NCBI GenBank assembly: GCA_009103225.1
Contig: RHPI01000401.1
Span: 149,455-213,454, forward strand
From: Chlorokybus atmophyticus
Lineage: Eukaryota > Plantae > Mesostigma and Chlorokybus algae
DNA: 64,000 bases
Direction of reading: 5' to 3'
Under the pieces are notes generated by a model that had not been told where the DNA came from, did not search any database, and worked only from the letters and a program-made list of their open reading frames with translations. Positions 48,746 through 62,771 of this stretch are shown in pieces. A program made the translations under genes and the position numbers. Positions within the stretch are counted from its first letter, which is position 1. Each line of letters opens with the position of its first letter.

Positions 48746-50581
48746 CTATCGCATGGCCCCGGCACGCAGCACGTCCACCATGTCATAAATCTTCTTCTCA
48801 GCACCCTCCTTTATCTGCGACAACAAAGACACACATAGCACACATGGTCAAGAGTAGTAGTAGCGCAAAGCCAACATGTCATCGAACTCCCTGCTCCCAC
48901 CCTGCTCACCCGCTGATGGAGGAACAGCACGGCGTCGACGGTGCCCTGCGCGTATATGCTTCGTCCGCACACGTTGTGTTGAAACTCGAACGTCACGCTG
49001 CGTGTCACAACAAGACCGGTGAGTGTCTTGCACGAGGCGACAGTGATATGAGTTAACACATGCGTGTTGTGTACCTGCCGTCGGGGGCGACCAGCTGATA
49101 CGTGTGGAAGGCGTGGCCGGTGAGGTGCTCCTGCGGCACCTTCATGCGCTCCTGCTGCTCGACGGGATCACGCACCATCTCGATCTGCGAACAAAGACTA
49201 CATCGGGCACAGCAAGATGCACATGCACACATGCACGCACGTGCGCAAAAGTGCTCACGCATACGCACACGCATGCGCACCTCCTCCACGTCGAATTCAA
49301 CTCCCAGCTTCTGAAACGACGCGACGATGGCTTTGGCTGTGCCCGAGGTGTCGACCTTGGTGCTCTGGTGCGACTCCGTCACGTGGAGGGCGTAACCCTT
49401 GAACGCGCCGGGGAAGTTGTCGGCCATGATGGACATCGCGGCCTGGAACGCAACGACCTGGGAGGAACTGTAGAGTGAGACTCAGTGTCGACACACGCAC
49501 ACTTGCACGCGCACGCACGCGCACGCGCGCATACACGCACTTGTTTCCCCATTTGCGGTGCGACGACGGCGTATACTCCGGACTCTTGTACGTTGCGCAT
49601 GAGGCGCGCGCGGTCCCCGCCCGTGGTGCCCATCACGAACGGCACTTTGTGCTGCACGTAGAAGTCCGCGTTCTCTGGCATACGACACAGACACAATCAG
49701 TACGCACACGCACACATCGTGCATCGTGTTATAGATCTGCACCAAAGTGCATTGTTGACTTCAACCCACCGTTGACGGCTGCGGGCAGCGTGAAGTCGAC
49801 GACGACGACGTTTGGGTACTCGTCCCTGACGGCTCTTATCACCTCCTCCTTGTGCTTCGCGTTCTTGCAGCGCACGGCCACGCCACCACATGCCACGACG
49901 CTGTCCGAACCACCTGGCATGGATCACTTCCACCGATGAGTTGAGACGTCCGTCGCGTGCGTGCGTGCGCGCGTGCAAGTGGGCAGAGGCGTGAACACGT
50001 AGATGCGTGTGCGTGTGCGTGTGCGTGTGCGTGTGTGTCTGTCTCCCTCACCGGTGATCGCGTGCGGCACGAGCGTGAGTCCCGCCTCAACGGCGGCCTC
50101 CGCGACCGCGTGGCCCATGCGACCGCTGCAGTCGTTCACCATCACACACACCTCGCTCGCGGCAACAACCGACGACGACATCATCACCGTGGCAGTGGAG
50201 GATGATACCGCTCTACTCCTCCTCCTCCTCCGGATGCTGGTAGCTGACCACACAAAACGCGTTGTGGCCGTCGTTGTTGTGACTGTAAACTAGCTTGCTG
50301 AGATTCAAGTATTTTAGCTCATTGTGTAAAGCAGCATTGCACATTGGACACACATTGTTGCTTTACTTACTCTCCATGTGTGATGAGTGAGAGGGCGAAA
50401 GGGAGTGGAAGCTCTTGTGCGGGTATGATGATGATGATGATGATGATGATGATGGCCGCCGCCTGGCCTGGGCCGTGCGCCTCGCCAATGGTGGAGCAGG
50501 AGCAGCATGACACGTGGCATACGCTGCTTGAACGACGAGTCTGCCGCCGCATGCGACGGCGACACCGCCGCCGCCAACCAT
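48746..50581 (-). CDS. DAPB: 4-hydroxy-tetrahydrodipicolinate reductase (plant type), plastid
   Basis: VMVNDCSGRMGHAV, VVDFTLPAAVN, PFVMGTTGGDR, APQMGKQV, ESHQSTKVDTSGTAKA, GHAFHTY, QHNVCGRSIYAQGTVDAVLF, IYDMVDVLR. The start codon is uncertain. Confidence 0.96.
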
Positions 50582-50675
50582 CCCGCCACCGCCGCCGCCA
50601 CCACCCACTGACTGAAACTTCCCAAAACAAAATTCCGCGAGTGTTTGTTTGAGCAGGTAGGCGGGGGGCGCCATC

Positions 50676-52009
50676 ATGGCGGCGGCGGCGGTGAACGAGG
50701 AGGTGGTGGAGGTGAGCAAGGAGGTTGCTGGGCAGAGGCGGCGGGAGCTGCGTCGCGCCGTGGCGGATCTGCGACGACGCGGGCTCTACGAAGGCGCCAA
50801 GTGGTGGGTGCATACACAAGCGGCTTGTTTGACGTGACGTGAAACAGTTGCGGTGGTGTCTGTGGATACATCGTGTAAGTCCAAGTAGTAGTAGTGCAGT
50901 GTCATCCATCTGTATCATATGAGAGCAAGCAACACCTGATGAGAGGAGTGATACTGAGAGTCGCATGATATATCTGCATGCATGTTTGTGACACTCGCTT
51001 AGAGGGCAGTGATACAATCAGCGTGAGCGTGATTGACAAGGAGGATGCTGTGACACACTCATGATCATAGCGCATACGCATAGACAGAAAGCAACGCACT
51101 TCAGGGCTGCGGAGCAGCTGGTGGGTTTGGGTTTGCCACAGCAGCAGCGCGGAGTGGATGAGAGCGAGAAAGCCAGCACGGCGGGTAAGGCCGCATGTTG
51201 GGGGGGAACACTTGTTGGTATGTTGTGGATGCACGCACAGCGGATGATAGATCAAGTACCACATGTATGACAGAGCGGAGTAGCGGTGATGATGTTGATG
51301 ATGATGATGACGATGACGACGACGATAGCATGCTGCTTGCGCGCGCGTACTTTGACACGCGCGAGTACAGCCGCGCCGCGCACGTGCTCAAGAAGAGTAG
51401 CCGCCTCACCGGTCGCGAGCACCCGGCGGCCGTGTTCCTACGCTGCTACGCGCTCTACCTAGCAGGTGGAGTGTGTTTCCTGCTTGGCCCCAATGCTGCG
51501 TGTGCAACAGTTTCACGCACAGGCATGTCGCGGAGCTGTAGTTACACCCATGGCGCGGAAGTGTGAACACATGTGGATGCGCTGATGCACATGCACATAC
51601 ATGCACTGACCCCCACCCGCATGCTCGCGTGTCACATGCGAGAGAGAGAGCCATAGGGGCACGCGCATGTGGGTGTGTTGGATCCGACGCATGCGATGCT
51701 CTGTCATGCGCAGGCGAGAAGCGAAAGGAGGAGGAGGTAATCGAAGTGGCCGGTCCCACGGGGCGCGGAGAGGTGAGAGAGACGGTTAGCCAGCATCACA
51801 CTGTCGCAAGCAGTCACGACTCTCTCTCTCCCCTCGACACAGCAATCACTCCAGCTCTGTTTGCGCGCAGCAGAATGTGGTCAACCGCCAGCTGCCTGCG
51901 CTGGAGTCTGAGCTGACCCACCTGCACAAGACGGGCCAAGCCGACGCCTTCTGCACGTTCTTGTGCGTGTGCTGCTACCACGCACCATGTAAACTCAACA
52001 CGCTGACAC

Positions 52010-52046
<37 letters not shown>

Positions 52047-54114
52047 CTCGCACATGATGTTCTCTCCCCATCCAATCTCCCACCTCCCACCCCTTCTCTT
52101 AGGTACGGTCTTGTCCTCCGCGACCTGGGTCGTTCTTCGGACTCCCGCTCCGCCCTGTGCGCCTCCGTCTCCGCGTACCCCTGCAACTGGCCGGCGTGGC
52201 AGGCGCTCACGGGACTCCCCGCCACCGACAGGAGGGTCGTGGAGGGGATGACGCTGGAGAACCACTGGATGAGGGGGTTCTTCACGGCGGCGGTGTGTGT
52301 AGGCATGCGTGGTGACACGAGAGTGGCTTGCCGTACGCACACGCGTCCGCATGCGCGCGACTCATTCTCACTCACCCACCCCACCCCTCACCTCCTCAGG
52401 TCAGCTTGGAGTTGCAGCACAACACGGAGGGTCTGGCGCAGTACCAGGCTCTGAAGGAGGAGTTCCCCGGCAGCGACTACGTCCTCGCGCAGACGGCCGC
52501 GGCGCACTACCACCTCAGAGACTTCGACCAGGCGGAGGTACGGGTGCATGTTTGAGTGGGATTGTTGTTACAAACAACATGTACTGATTGTCTTTCCCCG
52601 CAGGTGCTGTTTCAGGATCTGCTGCAGAGCGATCCCCACCGCGTGGAAGGGATGGACACGTACTCCAACATACTCTATGTCAAGGAGGATCTACCGGCGC
52701 TCTCGCACCTAGCGCACCGCGTCGTTGTTACGGACAAGTACCGACCAGAAACTTGCTGCATAGTTGGCAACTACTACAGGTAGGAGTGTGGACGGGTGCG
52801 TGTGTGTGACGTATACACGCACATATGCCCGCGCAGGGTCGCGCGTGCGCACGCATGTATGCATGTGCATACGCGTGAAGATGTGTGCGTCTGGTGTTCA
52901 CGTGCGTGTGTGTATCTTGTGCCGGTGATTCGGCTACTATAAAAACTCACCTTGGTGGCACTGACACCACCTCCATTGCAGCTTGCGGTCGCTCCATGAG
53001 AAGGCTGTGACATACTTCCAGAGGGCTCTCAAGCTCGACCGGCGTTACCTCTCCGCGTACACGCTGATGGGTCACGAGTACGTGGAGCTCAAGAACACCG
53101 CCGCGGCCATCGAGGCCTACAGGTGCGGGTTGGGCTGCTGATTGAGGCTATGGGTTGTTGTGTCGAGTTGCTTGATATGTGGGCATGTGGGCGTAGGCGT
53201 GCGGTGGATGTCAACGCCCGTGACTACCGCGCGTGGTACGGACTCGGACAGACGTACGAGCTGCTGGCCATGCCGTACTATGCGCTGTACTACTACAGAA
53301 GAGCAACGGAGCTGAGACCTCAGGTGGGTGGCTGTTGGTGGGTGGATGCGCGCACGTGTGTATATGTGCATTTGTGCGCGGATGTGGGTGTGTGCATGCG
53401 CCCCAACCACTTGTGTGCATGGACGCGGCGTCATGCGTCTGAGGTGAACAGAGGGTAACGAGACAAGCACATCTGTTGTGACAGGATGCGCGCATGTGGT
53501 GTGCGATGGGTCAGTGCTACGAGCACGAGCAGCTCGGCATGCACGCCGCCGCGATCCGTTGCTACCGTCGCGCCCTATCCCACGACGACCGCGAGGGCCT
53601 CGCCCTCCACAAGCTGGCGGGTCTCCACGCCGCCCTCTCCCAATCCTCCCACGCCGCCTTCTACTACAAGGCCAACCTCCGCCGCCTCGACGCCCACGGG
53701 GCACACGGGCAGGACCTCGTGGACGCACTGAAGTACCTCGCCGTGTACCACCGCAACCGCACAGACCTGTCCGAGGCGGAACATTACTGTTTGAGGTTAC
53801 TCGATGCGTCTGTTGGGGCGGGTGCGGGACCGGAGAAGGAGGATGCGAAGGCGCTGCTCAGGGAGATACGCAGCATACAACAACATGGTGGACACGCTGT
53901 TTCGAGAGGGGGAGCCACGCCGACACGGCTCATGCTGTCGCCGCTGCCGGATCATGCGGCGGCTATGATGATGCCTGTGCATGGTGGGGGAGACAACATG
54001 TACAGCCATGTCACGCCCGTGCGAGGTGCGGGAGGAACAACCGGGGAGGGGCTGTCACCAGAGGGGTATGTTGGCTCGCCTGTGCCTGACATGGATGAGT
54101 CCTTGTCGCCGTGA
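50676..54114 (+). CDS. APC8: Anaphase-promoting complex subunit 8 (CDC23), TPR protein
   Basis: [90 protein letters not shown]; multi-exon. Confidence 0.97.
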
Positions 54115-55622
54115 GAGCGGGTACACAATGTGGTATCGGATGTGATTTTGTGTACAGTGGTGGCTGTGTAGTGTTGCGCATTGGTCGCATGTGCGAGTAA
54201 GCTGTTTATGTTGCAATTGTGATTGCAGCAGTCACGTGCACTGTCATGTACATGTGATGCTATGAAAGGTCACAATGACAATTGCCAACAACATATGGTA
54301 GACAACAGAGAGCCATTGCATGGTGTGGTTGCAGCGGCTACAGCTACACAGTATACGTAGAGCAGGGCACAGTCAGTAATGTCGTTTACTTACTGCGATG
54401 CAATGTTCCATGCAATTAGGACGACTTCCATGCAACTTGTTCCATGCAACTCGTTTGCAGTGGACATAAGTCCTTTGCCTGCTTCACCTCTTGCTCAAGC
54501 TGTTGCACACGGCCCTTTTCACCATAGTGGATGCTTGGTACAATTTTATGAATGCATCCAAGAATGCGTTCATAAAGATTCATGTGCGCCCCATTCCAGA
54601 TAGTTGTATCTCTGATTCAATGCATATGAATTGCGTAAGGTACCATATAGGCTGTAAGCTCGTGCCAGCATATCGCTTATTGCAATTCAGAAAGTGCTGT
54701 TTTCACAACCGTAATGCATGACCCTTTTCATGTGCTGTTGTTGCACACACACAGACACACACACGCACGCACACGTACACGCCTTGCATGCATGATTAAT
54801 ATGTACGTCGACCATTTGTACGCACGACACTTCATCACAAAACGAGAAGAGTAAAGTGGTCATGGAAAATGTCTTCAAGAAAAAATTGGATATGACTACA
54901 TCGTGCATGATTGAAACCCGAGCCCTGTTGTTAATAATATTATATATAAGTTTATGTGTGCGTATGGCAATTGCACATTGCCAAGGGGATTCGTCAGCGA
55001 AAGACAGTGGTAAGCTACAGAGATACAGCAGACTATAATTAAGGCATGCGCATTGGCTATATGTGTATCAAAGCTACTAGCGTGATATCTGCGTGTAAGT
55101 GAGGCGGAGCGAAGCAGGCAGCAGGAAGGCAGTAGTACAAGGCAGTAGTACAAGCAGTGCGGAGTGATCACAACAAACCTGCAACACACGAGGCTAATGT
55201 GACATAACATGTGGATCCACGTAAACTGTACCTATATACATTGAATCAAATAGCTTTAAAGCTTGCCAATGTGATGTTGCTCTTCCAGTGATTTCAAATA
55301 CATAACATAACATAGCACGAGCGTTTCGCGTATGTGCTACCTCAATGTCATTGCTTGATTTATGAGTCTTTATTGCTCATGCCATGATTCACACGCCTGC
55401 CGTGCTTAGGATGTTTCACACCAGCGCCTTTACCAACACCACTCTACACCAAGTCTTGGGAACTTGACAGCGATGGTTGAGGCTTTTCGGCCCAGCCAGT
55501 GCCGTAGGCCTATGCATTTCCCCCTTCAGCAAAAAGCAAAAAGGTGCTCGCTCACTGCTGACGTGGACCTCGCTCATAGGGCTGCAAGTCGCTCTAAGCC
55601 TGCGCGCGCGCAGAAAGGCAAA

Positions 55623-55631
55623 TTAGGGTTT
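55623..55631 (-). promoter_or_regulatory. Telobox (AAACCCTAA) upstream of XRN3
   Basis: TTAGGGTTT ~300 bp before the XRN3 ATG; an established plant promoter motif. Confidence 0.45.
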
Positions 55632-55922
55632 CACCCGCCCCTGATCCACCCCAACGCCGGCGGCGGCGAAGGACGAGGGGGAGGAGGCCTTGGAGGAGCA
55701 GGACGAGGAGGAACAGGGGATCGAGTAGGGAAGAAGCGGAGCATGGGCGGAGCGTTGTTGTTGACAGCAAGGCGACGGGGTTGTTGTTCTTGGAGGAAAG
55801 GAGATGTGCGGCAGTGTGTAGTGGTTAACAAGAACAGTGGTTGAGGCGTTGGGTCTGGTCGTTGTTGCTGTTGGTGTTGTTGTAGGGCGTGTTGCTGGAG
55901 GAGGAGTCCTTGTCGCTCCGAC

Positions 55923-58900
55923 ATGGGTGTGCCGAGCTTTTTCCGATGGCTGAGCACGAGGTACCCTCGGACTATCGTGGACGTGGTGGAGGCGGAACCT
56001 CACATGGTGGAGGGTGTCGCTGTTGCGCCGGTAGACGGAACTCTGCCCAACCCCAACGGCCTGGAGTACCACGCCCTGTACCTTGACATGAACGGCATCA
56101 TCCACCCTTGCTTCCACCCTGAAGACCGTCCCGCCCCCACCACCCTGCTGGAGGTGTTCAGCAACGTGTTCGACTACATCGACCGCCTCTTCCTCATCGT
56201 CCGCCCCCGCCGCGTCCTCTTCATGGCCATGGACGGTGTTGCTCCCAGGGCCAAGATGAACCAGCAGCGTGCGAGGCGATTCAGGGCGGCGCAGGATGCA
56301 GCGGAGGCGGCCGCGGAGGAGGCGCGTCTGCGGGCGGAGTTTGAGGCTGCTGGGCATGGCCCTCCGCCCCCAAAGAAACCCTCAGAGGCGTTTGATAGTA
56401 ATGTCATCACGCCGGGTACGCCCTTCATGAGCCAGCTAAGCGTGGCGCTGCAGTATTACGTGCACCTGAGGTTGAACCGCGACCCCGCATGGAGAGGGAT
56501 TAAGGTTCTACTCTCAGACAGCTCTGTGCCTGGCGAGGGCGAGCACAAGATTGTCCAGTATGTTCGCCAGCAGCGCAACCGCCCCGGACATGATCCCAAC
56601 ACGCGGCACTGTCTCTACGGACTCGACGCCGACCTTATCATGCTCTCGCTTGCCACGCACGAGGCCCACTTCTCTATCCTGCGCGAGCTGGTTGTGTTCA
56701 AGGGTGGACCTGGCGGTAACAACAATGCACAACGCTGTTTCCTATGCAACCAGGAGGGACACATCGCTGCTGAGTGCACCGGTGCGGCCGCCGCGCAGGA
56801 TGGGGAGGATGGGGATGGCAAACCTGTCATTGCAAAGAAGCCCTTCCAGTTCCTGCATATATGGGTGCTGCGCGAGTATCTAGAGAAGGACATCAACGTC
56901 CCCGACAAGGATGCCCTTGGGTTCCCGTATGACCTCGAGCGCATCATTGACGACTTCGTGTTTATGTGCTTCTTTGTTGGCAATGACTTTCTGCCTCACA
57001 TGCCCACGCTAGAGATCAGAGAGGTATGGAGCTTGGCTTGAGCATTTTCTTGCATGCTGGCAGTAAAGTGAGTAGCTGGCATCACTTTTCTGGCATACGT
57101 TGTACACGTGTGTTGGTAATGAACACAGTGTCACATGCATGATTATGCGTGCATGAGGCAATACTTTGAAAAACTTTGATGTTGGCTTACACCTGATGTT
57201 GATGGCCAAGGCGTGTGTGTTTGCAGAATGCCATCGATTTGCTGATGGCCATCTACCGGGGTTCGCTGAAAGAGATGGGCGGGTACTTGTGCAACAACGG
57301 TGACGTGCACCTGGACCGGGTGGAGTACTTCATGCGCAAGGTGGGCGTGCATGAGGAGGCCATCTTCCAGAAGCGCGCCGCCCAGCACGAGCGTTCGGCC
57401 AACCGCGCTCGCAACCAGAAGGCGCAGCGGCAGCAGCGTGGGTCCGATGCTGCCCCCACACGCATGGTGACCGTCGCACCAGTTGCACGCTACGATGGCT
57501 CACGCCTAGCCTCTGCCAGCAACGGGTCCACGTACAACAGCAATAACAACAGCAGCGGAAGTGGCAGCAACAAAGCTGCAGCTGAAGCGCTTAAGGCGTC
57601 GCTTTTGTCAAGAACGGGTGGTGGCGACAATGCTGCCCCGCAGGGCCACATAAAAAGATTGAGGTTGGATGAGAAGGGCGAGGCTCTTGACACCGGCGCT
57701 GCTGCTGAGGTACTGCTTGAATTGCTTGTCTCACGCGTTGCATGCTTGCCAGTTCTAATGTGTCATGTTGCCTTTGTATGTGTTGTTGTTTGCCTGCTGC
57801 TGAGACTTGATGTCTGCTGACAGTGGTGGGACATGTTGAAGGAGTCCAAGGACGAGAGGAACCGCAAGAAGAATTCTCAGGCGGCCGCGGAGTTCTCCCT
57901 CAAGCTCAAGAGCGCGCTCAATGACAAGGCAGACCTGCTGGACAAGGGCTACGAGGACGACGTGCGGCTCGGCCAATCCGGCTGGAAGGAGCGCTACTAC
58001 AAGGCCAAGTTCGGCTTTGCATTGGACGAGCAGGAGAAGGTGCAGGACGTCGTGAAGAAGTACATTGAGGGGCTGTGTTGGGTGCTCAAGTATTACTACC
58101 AGGGCTGCGTGTCGTGGGGTTGGTACTACCCTTATTACTACGCGCCGTTCGCCTCTGATCTTGTGGGCCTTGCCGACTTGGATATCAGCTTCACGCTGGG
58201 CGAGCCGTTCAAGCCGTTTGAGCAGCTTCTATCAGTGTTGCCCGCAGCGAGCGCGCATGCGCTTCCCCCGGCATACAGGCGACTGATGACAGATAGGGAC
58301 TCCTCCATCTTAGACTTCTATCCTCTTGACTTTGAGGTGGACATGAAGGGCAAGCGCTTTGCGTGGCAGGGTGTTGCGAAGCTCCCTTTTATTGACGAGC
58401 AGCGCTTGCGCATGGCCATTGAGCCCCTCGAGCACACTCTCACCCCGGACGAGCGGCGGCGCAACCGCCACATGTCGGACTTGCTGTATCTCCACAGCAG
58501 CGACAAGCTGGCACCCTACGTGTACTCGCTGTACGATACGTTTGAGCACCTGGAGGATGGGCCTGAGCGCCGGGCCGCCTGCATTGAGCTCGACCCTGAA
58601 GCCAGCCAGAGCCTCCTTGGGGCTATCTATCTCTGCGAGGGCGGGTCCTCGGCGAGCGTGCTGCGCTCCCCGCTGGCGGGCTTCGAGGACATCACCGCCA
58701 ACCGCGTGCTGGTGGCCGTGTACAGAAACCCGTCAACCCAGCCGCACGTGGCACGCCTGCAGCCAGGGGCGATTCTACCTGAGAGGATATTGACCGATCT
58801 TGACACGCCCGAGCTTCCTGTATTATGGCATGAGGACAGGTTTGGCAACAATCGGTCTCCAAGCCCATATGGCAGAGGAGGAGGAGGTCCTGGCTCTCGC

Positions 58901-59552
58901 TCGCCCTCACCCACACCCTACAACCCTGCTGTCACGCTGGCCAATGGCGCCCACCGCATGCTGCAGCACAACCTCGGCGCGCTGCCGCAGCGGCCCGGCA
59001 TGGCAACGGCACAGTTTGCGCAGGGACCCTCGGCGGGGCAGCCGGGCTTTAGTGGCGGGCGAGGGCGCGGGGGCGTGCTGCCTGCACCGCTTCACGGTCA
59101 GTACGGCCAACCTATGCAGCCTCCTCCATATGGGTATGGAATGCCTGGAGCATCACAGCCACCACTTTATGACCAGTATCATGACAGATCAATGCAACGT
59201 CCACAACAAGACCGCTATGCCTGGCAGGGCGCAGGTGTGTTAAGTTGATGTCATGCATTGCCTAACGTGTGCCTCTGGCTGTGTGTGGTTGTGTACACGC
59301 TTACTAACTCATTGCCATTGTTCAACAGGGTCGCCGCTTCCGTATGGGCCTGTGCCACCATCAATACCCAACGCAGGATACCCCCTGTTGCAACCACAGC
59401 AGCAACATCCGCACCAACAGTTCCAGCATCAACAACAAAGACCCGGGTTTGCACGACCTCCTCCGCACGCAGGCATCGGTAGCAACAACTACTACAACGC
59501 ACTGTCACGACCACCGCAGCAGGGACCGCACTACCCCCAGGGACGTAGGTAG
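55923..59552 (+). CDS. XRN3: 5'-3' exoribonuclease, XRN2/XRN3 type with zinc knuckle
   Basis: Exons 55923-57023, 57227-57709, 57824-59234, 59329-59552. [73 protein letters not shown]. Confidence 0.96.
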
Positions 59553-61129
59553 CACCCACTCAACCCGTGTGGGGTTAGGGTTACTTGCAGACAGCATGTT
59601 GATTGAGATAAGGGTGGTTGCGTGAGCACATTGCGAGGTGTACATTGCTATGCAGCGACGCAATGTGGTGTTTCAAAATTGCACACTTGGTTGGAAACTG
59701 CTCAACCACTAGATGTGGTTGGGAAAAAAAACCAGCACTGAGTACAGCACAATATAAAAATCTGAACCACTGCCAGCTGCAAGAGGTGTCATGACGCTGT
59801 ACCTTTGCCTCTCAATGTGCCAGCAGTACGGGCACGGTTACTTGACAATATTCACGGCAATGGCAACTGCCTGCGCGCAGAGGCGTTGCATTTTGGCAAT
59901 ACTCTTATTTTCAGTTGGATGGACGCGGTGGTTAGCAGGCACTAGACTGCATTGGATCGTCCATATTCGGCGCCAGCTCTGACTACTGTTGCTGTGGTTT
60001 TGACGTTGGTTGCTGACCATCACGGTGCACAAAGGGAACTTGGCATGTAGGCCAGCTGGAAGGCCCCGAAAGTAATTGTTGTGTTGCCCTGCCTGTCTTG
60101 CTTGCTAGGGGCTTGTGGTGTTGAAGTTCTCAATGCATGGGATGTATTATACATCATGTATACCCTATGCACATTTTAGCATGCCATCTTTTGTACACGC
60201 ACTTTGTAATAGTGTGAGTGGATGCAGTGTGTTGTAGCAACACGGGTATATGTGCAATCATGCCGTGTATTGTTAGCCGAGTTCATACTGCATCAAGGTG
60301 CACGTTTGCAGGGTATGTGAGCAACTGTTATGAACATGCATTTGCAAAGCATCAAACGAATAAGATACAATAAATGGGGCCAATGGGCAAGGCAATGCAG
60401 GTTAGGCAAGACGTTGCAGCCGGTCACACGCACTTGCATAAAGTGTACAAGTCATATAAGAAGAAGGAACCAAACAAAACAAGCAGCACCACAAGGAGCA
60501 AGCAGAGTAGGCATAGAAATAGGCAAGAGCAGCCTTTCGAATTCAATTAAGGGGCTTTACCACTACGTGCGGCAATAGGATGCGGTGGCAAGCAGCAAGC
60601 GAGCACACACGCACGTTGCATACATGACCACCAGGCTAGCGCTACTTATATGTCTACTTATATCTCTACTTAAACCTCTACTCTCTAGTCTACCGCTGCT
60701 CCTACCACATGTGCGTAGAGTTTGAGTACATTGCTGTAGGTCGAGTAACAGCGACCTTTTTACACTGTAAGTTATAGTGCGAACGAATATTGCGACATCG
60801 TGAAGAACGCATACAGTAAAATGGAGGGCCTTGAACTTGATCCTTGTCCTATCTATGATAGACTTTCCAATGAGACAGATGCAAAGAGGTCATGCGTCAC
60901 GCATCGCACAGTCCAGCGACATACCGCACGCCAGCCGTGGGATACGGTCAGCTCGTCACGCTGATTCAACGGCTCGATCCTTGTCATCGTGGTGGCACCA
61001 GCGCAAGGCGCACCACCAACACGCACCCAAACAGATAGGCCTGGGCAGGGACAGCGGCGGCAACGTTGTGGTGCACACCAACGACATCAACGACAACCTC
61101 CGCAGGCAACGACGACCACGACAACGAAC

Positions 61130-62771
61130 ATGGCGGCTACGGCAGCGACCATGGCGGCGGTCAGCAGCGGAGCAGTTGCTTACTGCGCCCAGCCCACTGA
61201 TTCGCGGCTAAGGCAAAAAGTTGCTCCGGCGCCGGCGGTGCCGTTGAAGGCATCGTCGTCATCCTCCTTCCTGTCTCTGACAGCCTCCCGGCCCAAGCGG
61301 CGAGCACTGGCCGCCCGCGCCTCAGCGCAGGACACAGCCTCAGAGTCAGGTATGCTCGCGATTGTCAACTGCATTGTCAAGATGTAGAGATCAAACCTTA
61401 CCTCACCAATACACCCACATTTCCTTGATCAGGCAGTGCGCCCACTGGTGAGACAGCATCAGCAGCGGTAGCAAAAAAGCAGCTGGGCAAGGAATGGGTT
61501 GCTGCCGCCGATATTCAGGACCTGCCCAAGGGTGAGAGGCTTGTGGTGTCCGCGGGTGGCCGAGACATCCTCCTATTCTGGTTAGAGAATGCTATGTTAT
61601 TGCATCACTGTTGTGTTTGTTGTGTTTCTCTTGCCTCATCCTTGCATTCGTGGTGGTGCGTCCACACAGGTACAAGCAGCAGATCTACGCCATAGAGAAC
61701 CGGTCTCCCGCAGAGGGAGCGTACAGCGAGGGGTTTGTGAAGGGTATGCTCACGCAGGACGGCTGCATTGTCTGCCCAACCACAAACAGCAGCTTCTACA
61801 TCAGTAACGGAAATGTCAAAGACTGGTAAGTGCACCTGCACACGCACACGCACACACACGCGCATGTGCGCCCGTTGTGGCTGAGAGAATGGTTTCTTGA
61901 TGGCTGTCTAGCTGTGTCTCTGTTTTGCAATTGATGCAGTATCCAAAGTTTCATATGTCATAAACGCAGGTACCCTGGTAACTTTGTTCTTGCTAAGCTC
62001 ACGCCAGAGAGCAAGCTGCTCACTTTCCCGGTGGAGATTGATTCGCAAAACATTTACGTGAAGGTCAGCGGGGGCAATGCTGTCTCCTGGGCCGCCAATG
62101 CAAATGGTATGTTATTGCTCATCTTCAGTTGGTCTAATGTGCCTATGCCACTATGCACATGTATGTGAAGTAAAGTAGAGTAGTCAATTGCGCTCAGCAC
62201 TAATGTCTGTACTGCAGCAATGACCAGCTTCAAGGCGTCATTTGGTGGCAGCGACACATCCATCGACAAGAACAATGGTGAGTTACAGTAGCTGCTCTCA
62301 AATACTTTTGCAAGTATCGTGCAACCTGCATTGCAGGCCTAGTAGAGGAAGTTTCTGCAACCATGTTCAATTTGTGTGTACGCTTTTGAACTTTGTGTTG
62401 CACAGTCTATGCTGTGGAGCCAACCGTCTACATTGAGGGCACCACGCCCGAACAAGGCGTTTCGGAAGATGTTGACGTCAAAGCCACGGTTAGTGTGTTT
62501 CAGCAGTCTGAGTGATACTCTTCGTCTACTTGAATGTTATCAGAAAACTTGCATTGCATGAATGTTGTTCCAAATGTTGTTATGTTCGCAGGTCAAGCCG
62601 GCGACCGTTATCACGGGGACGGTGTCTGTGGCCGTGGTGGCACTTTCTGGCACAGTGACGTGCATCTACTATGAGCAATATGTTGGGTTGGGGCTGTTCT
62701 GGATTGGGCTGTTTGCCGCCATTGCCTATTATGTCTCACAAAGCACAGACTTGTTAGGCGATAGAAAGTAG
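61130..62771 (+). CDS. PSB33: Thylakoid Rieske-like protein PSB33/TEF5
   Basis: Transit peptide, then YAIENRSPAEGAYSEGF..LTQDGCIVCPTT..KDWYP, NVYAVEPTVY and a C-terminal transmembrane hairpin; multi-exon. Confidence 0.9.

Noticed and set aside
49480-52050. (CA)n, (GC/GT)n and CACG-type runs
   Set aside because: Ordinary intronic microsatellites common throughout this genome segment.
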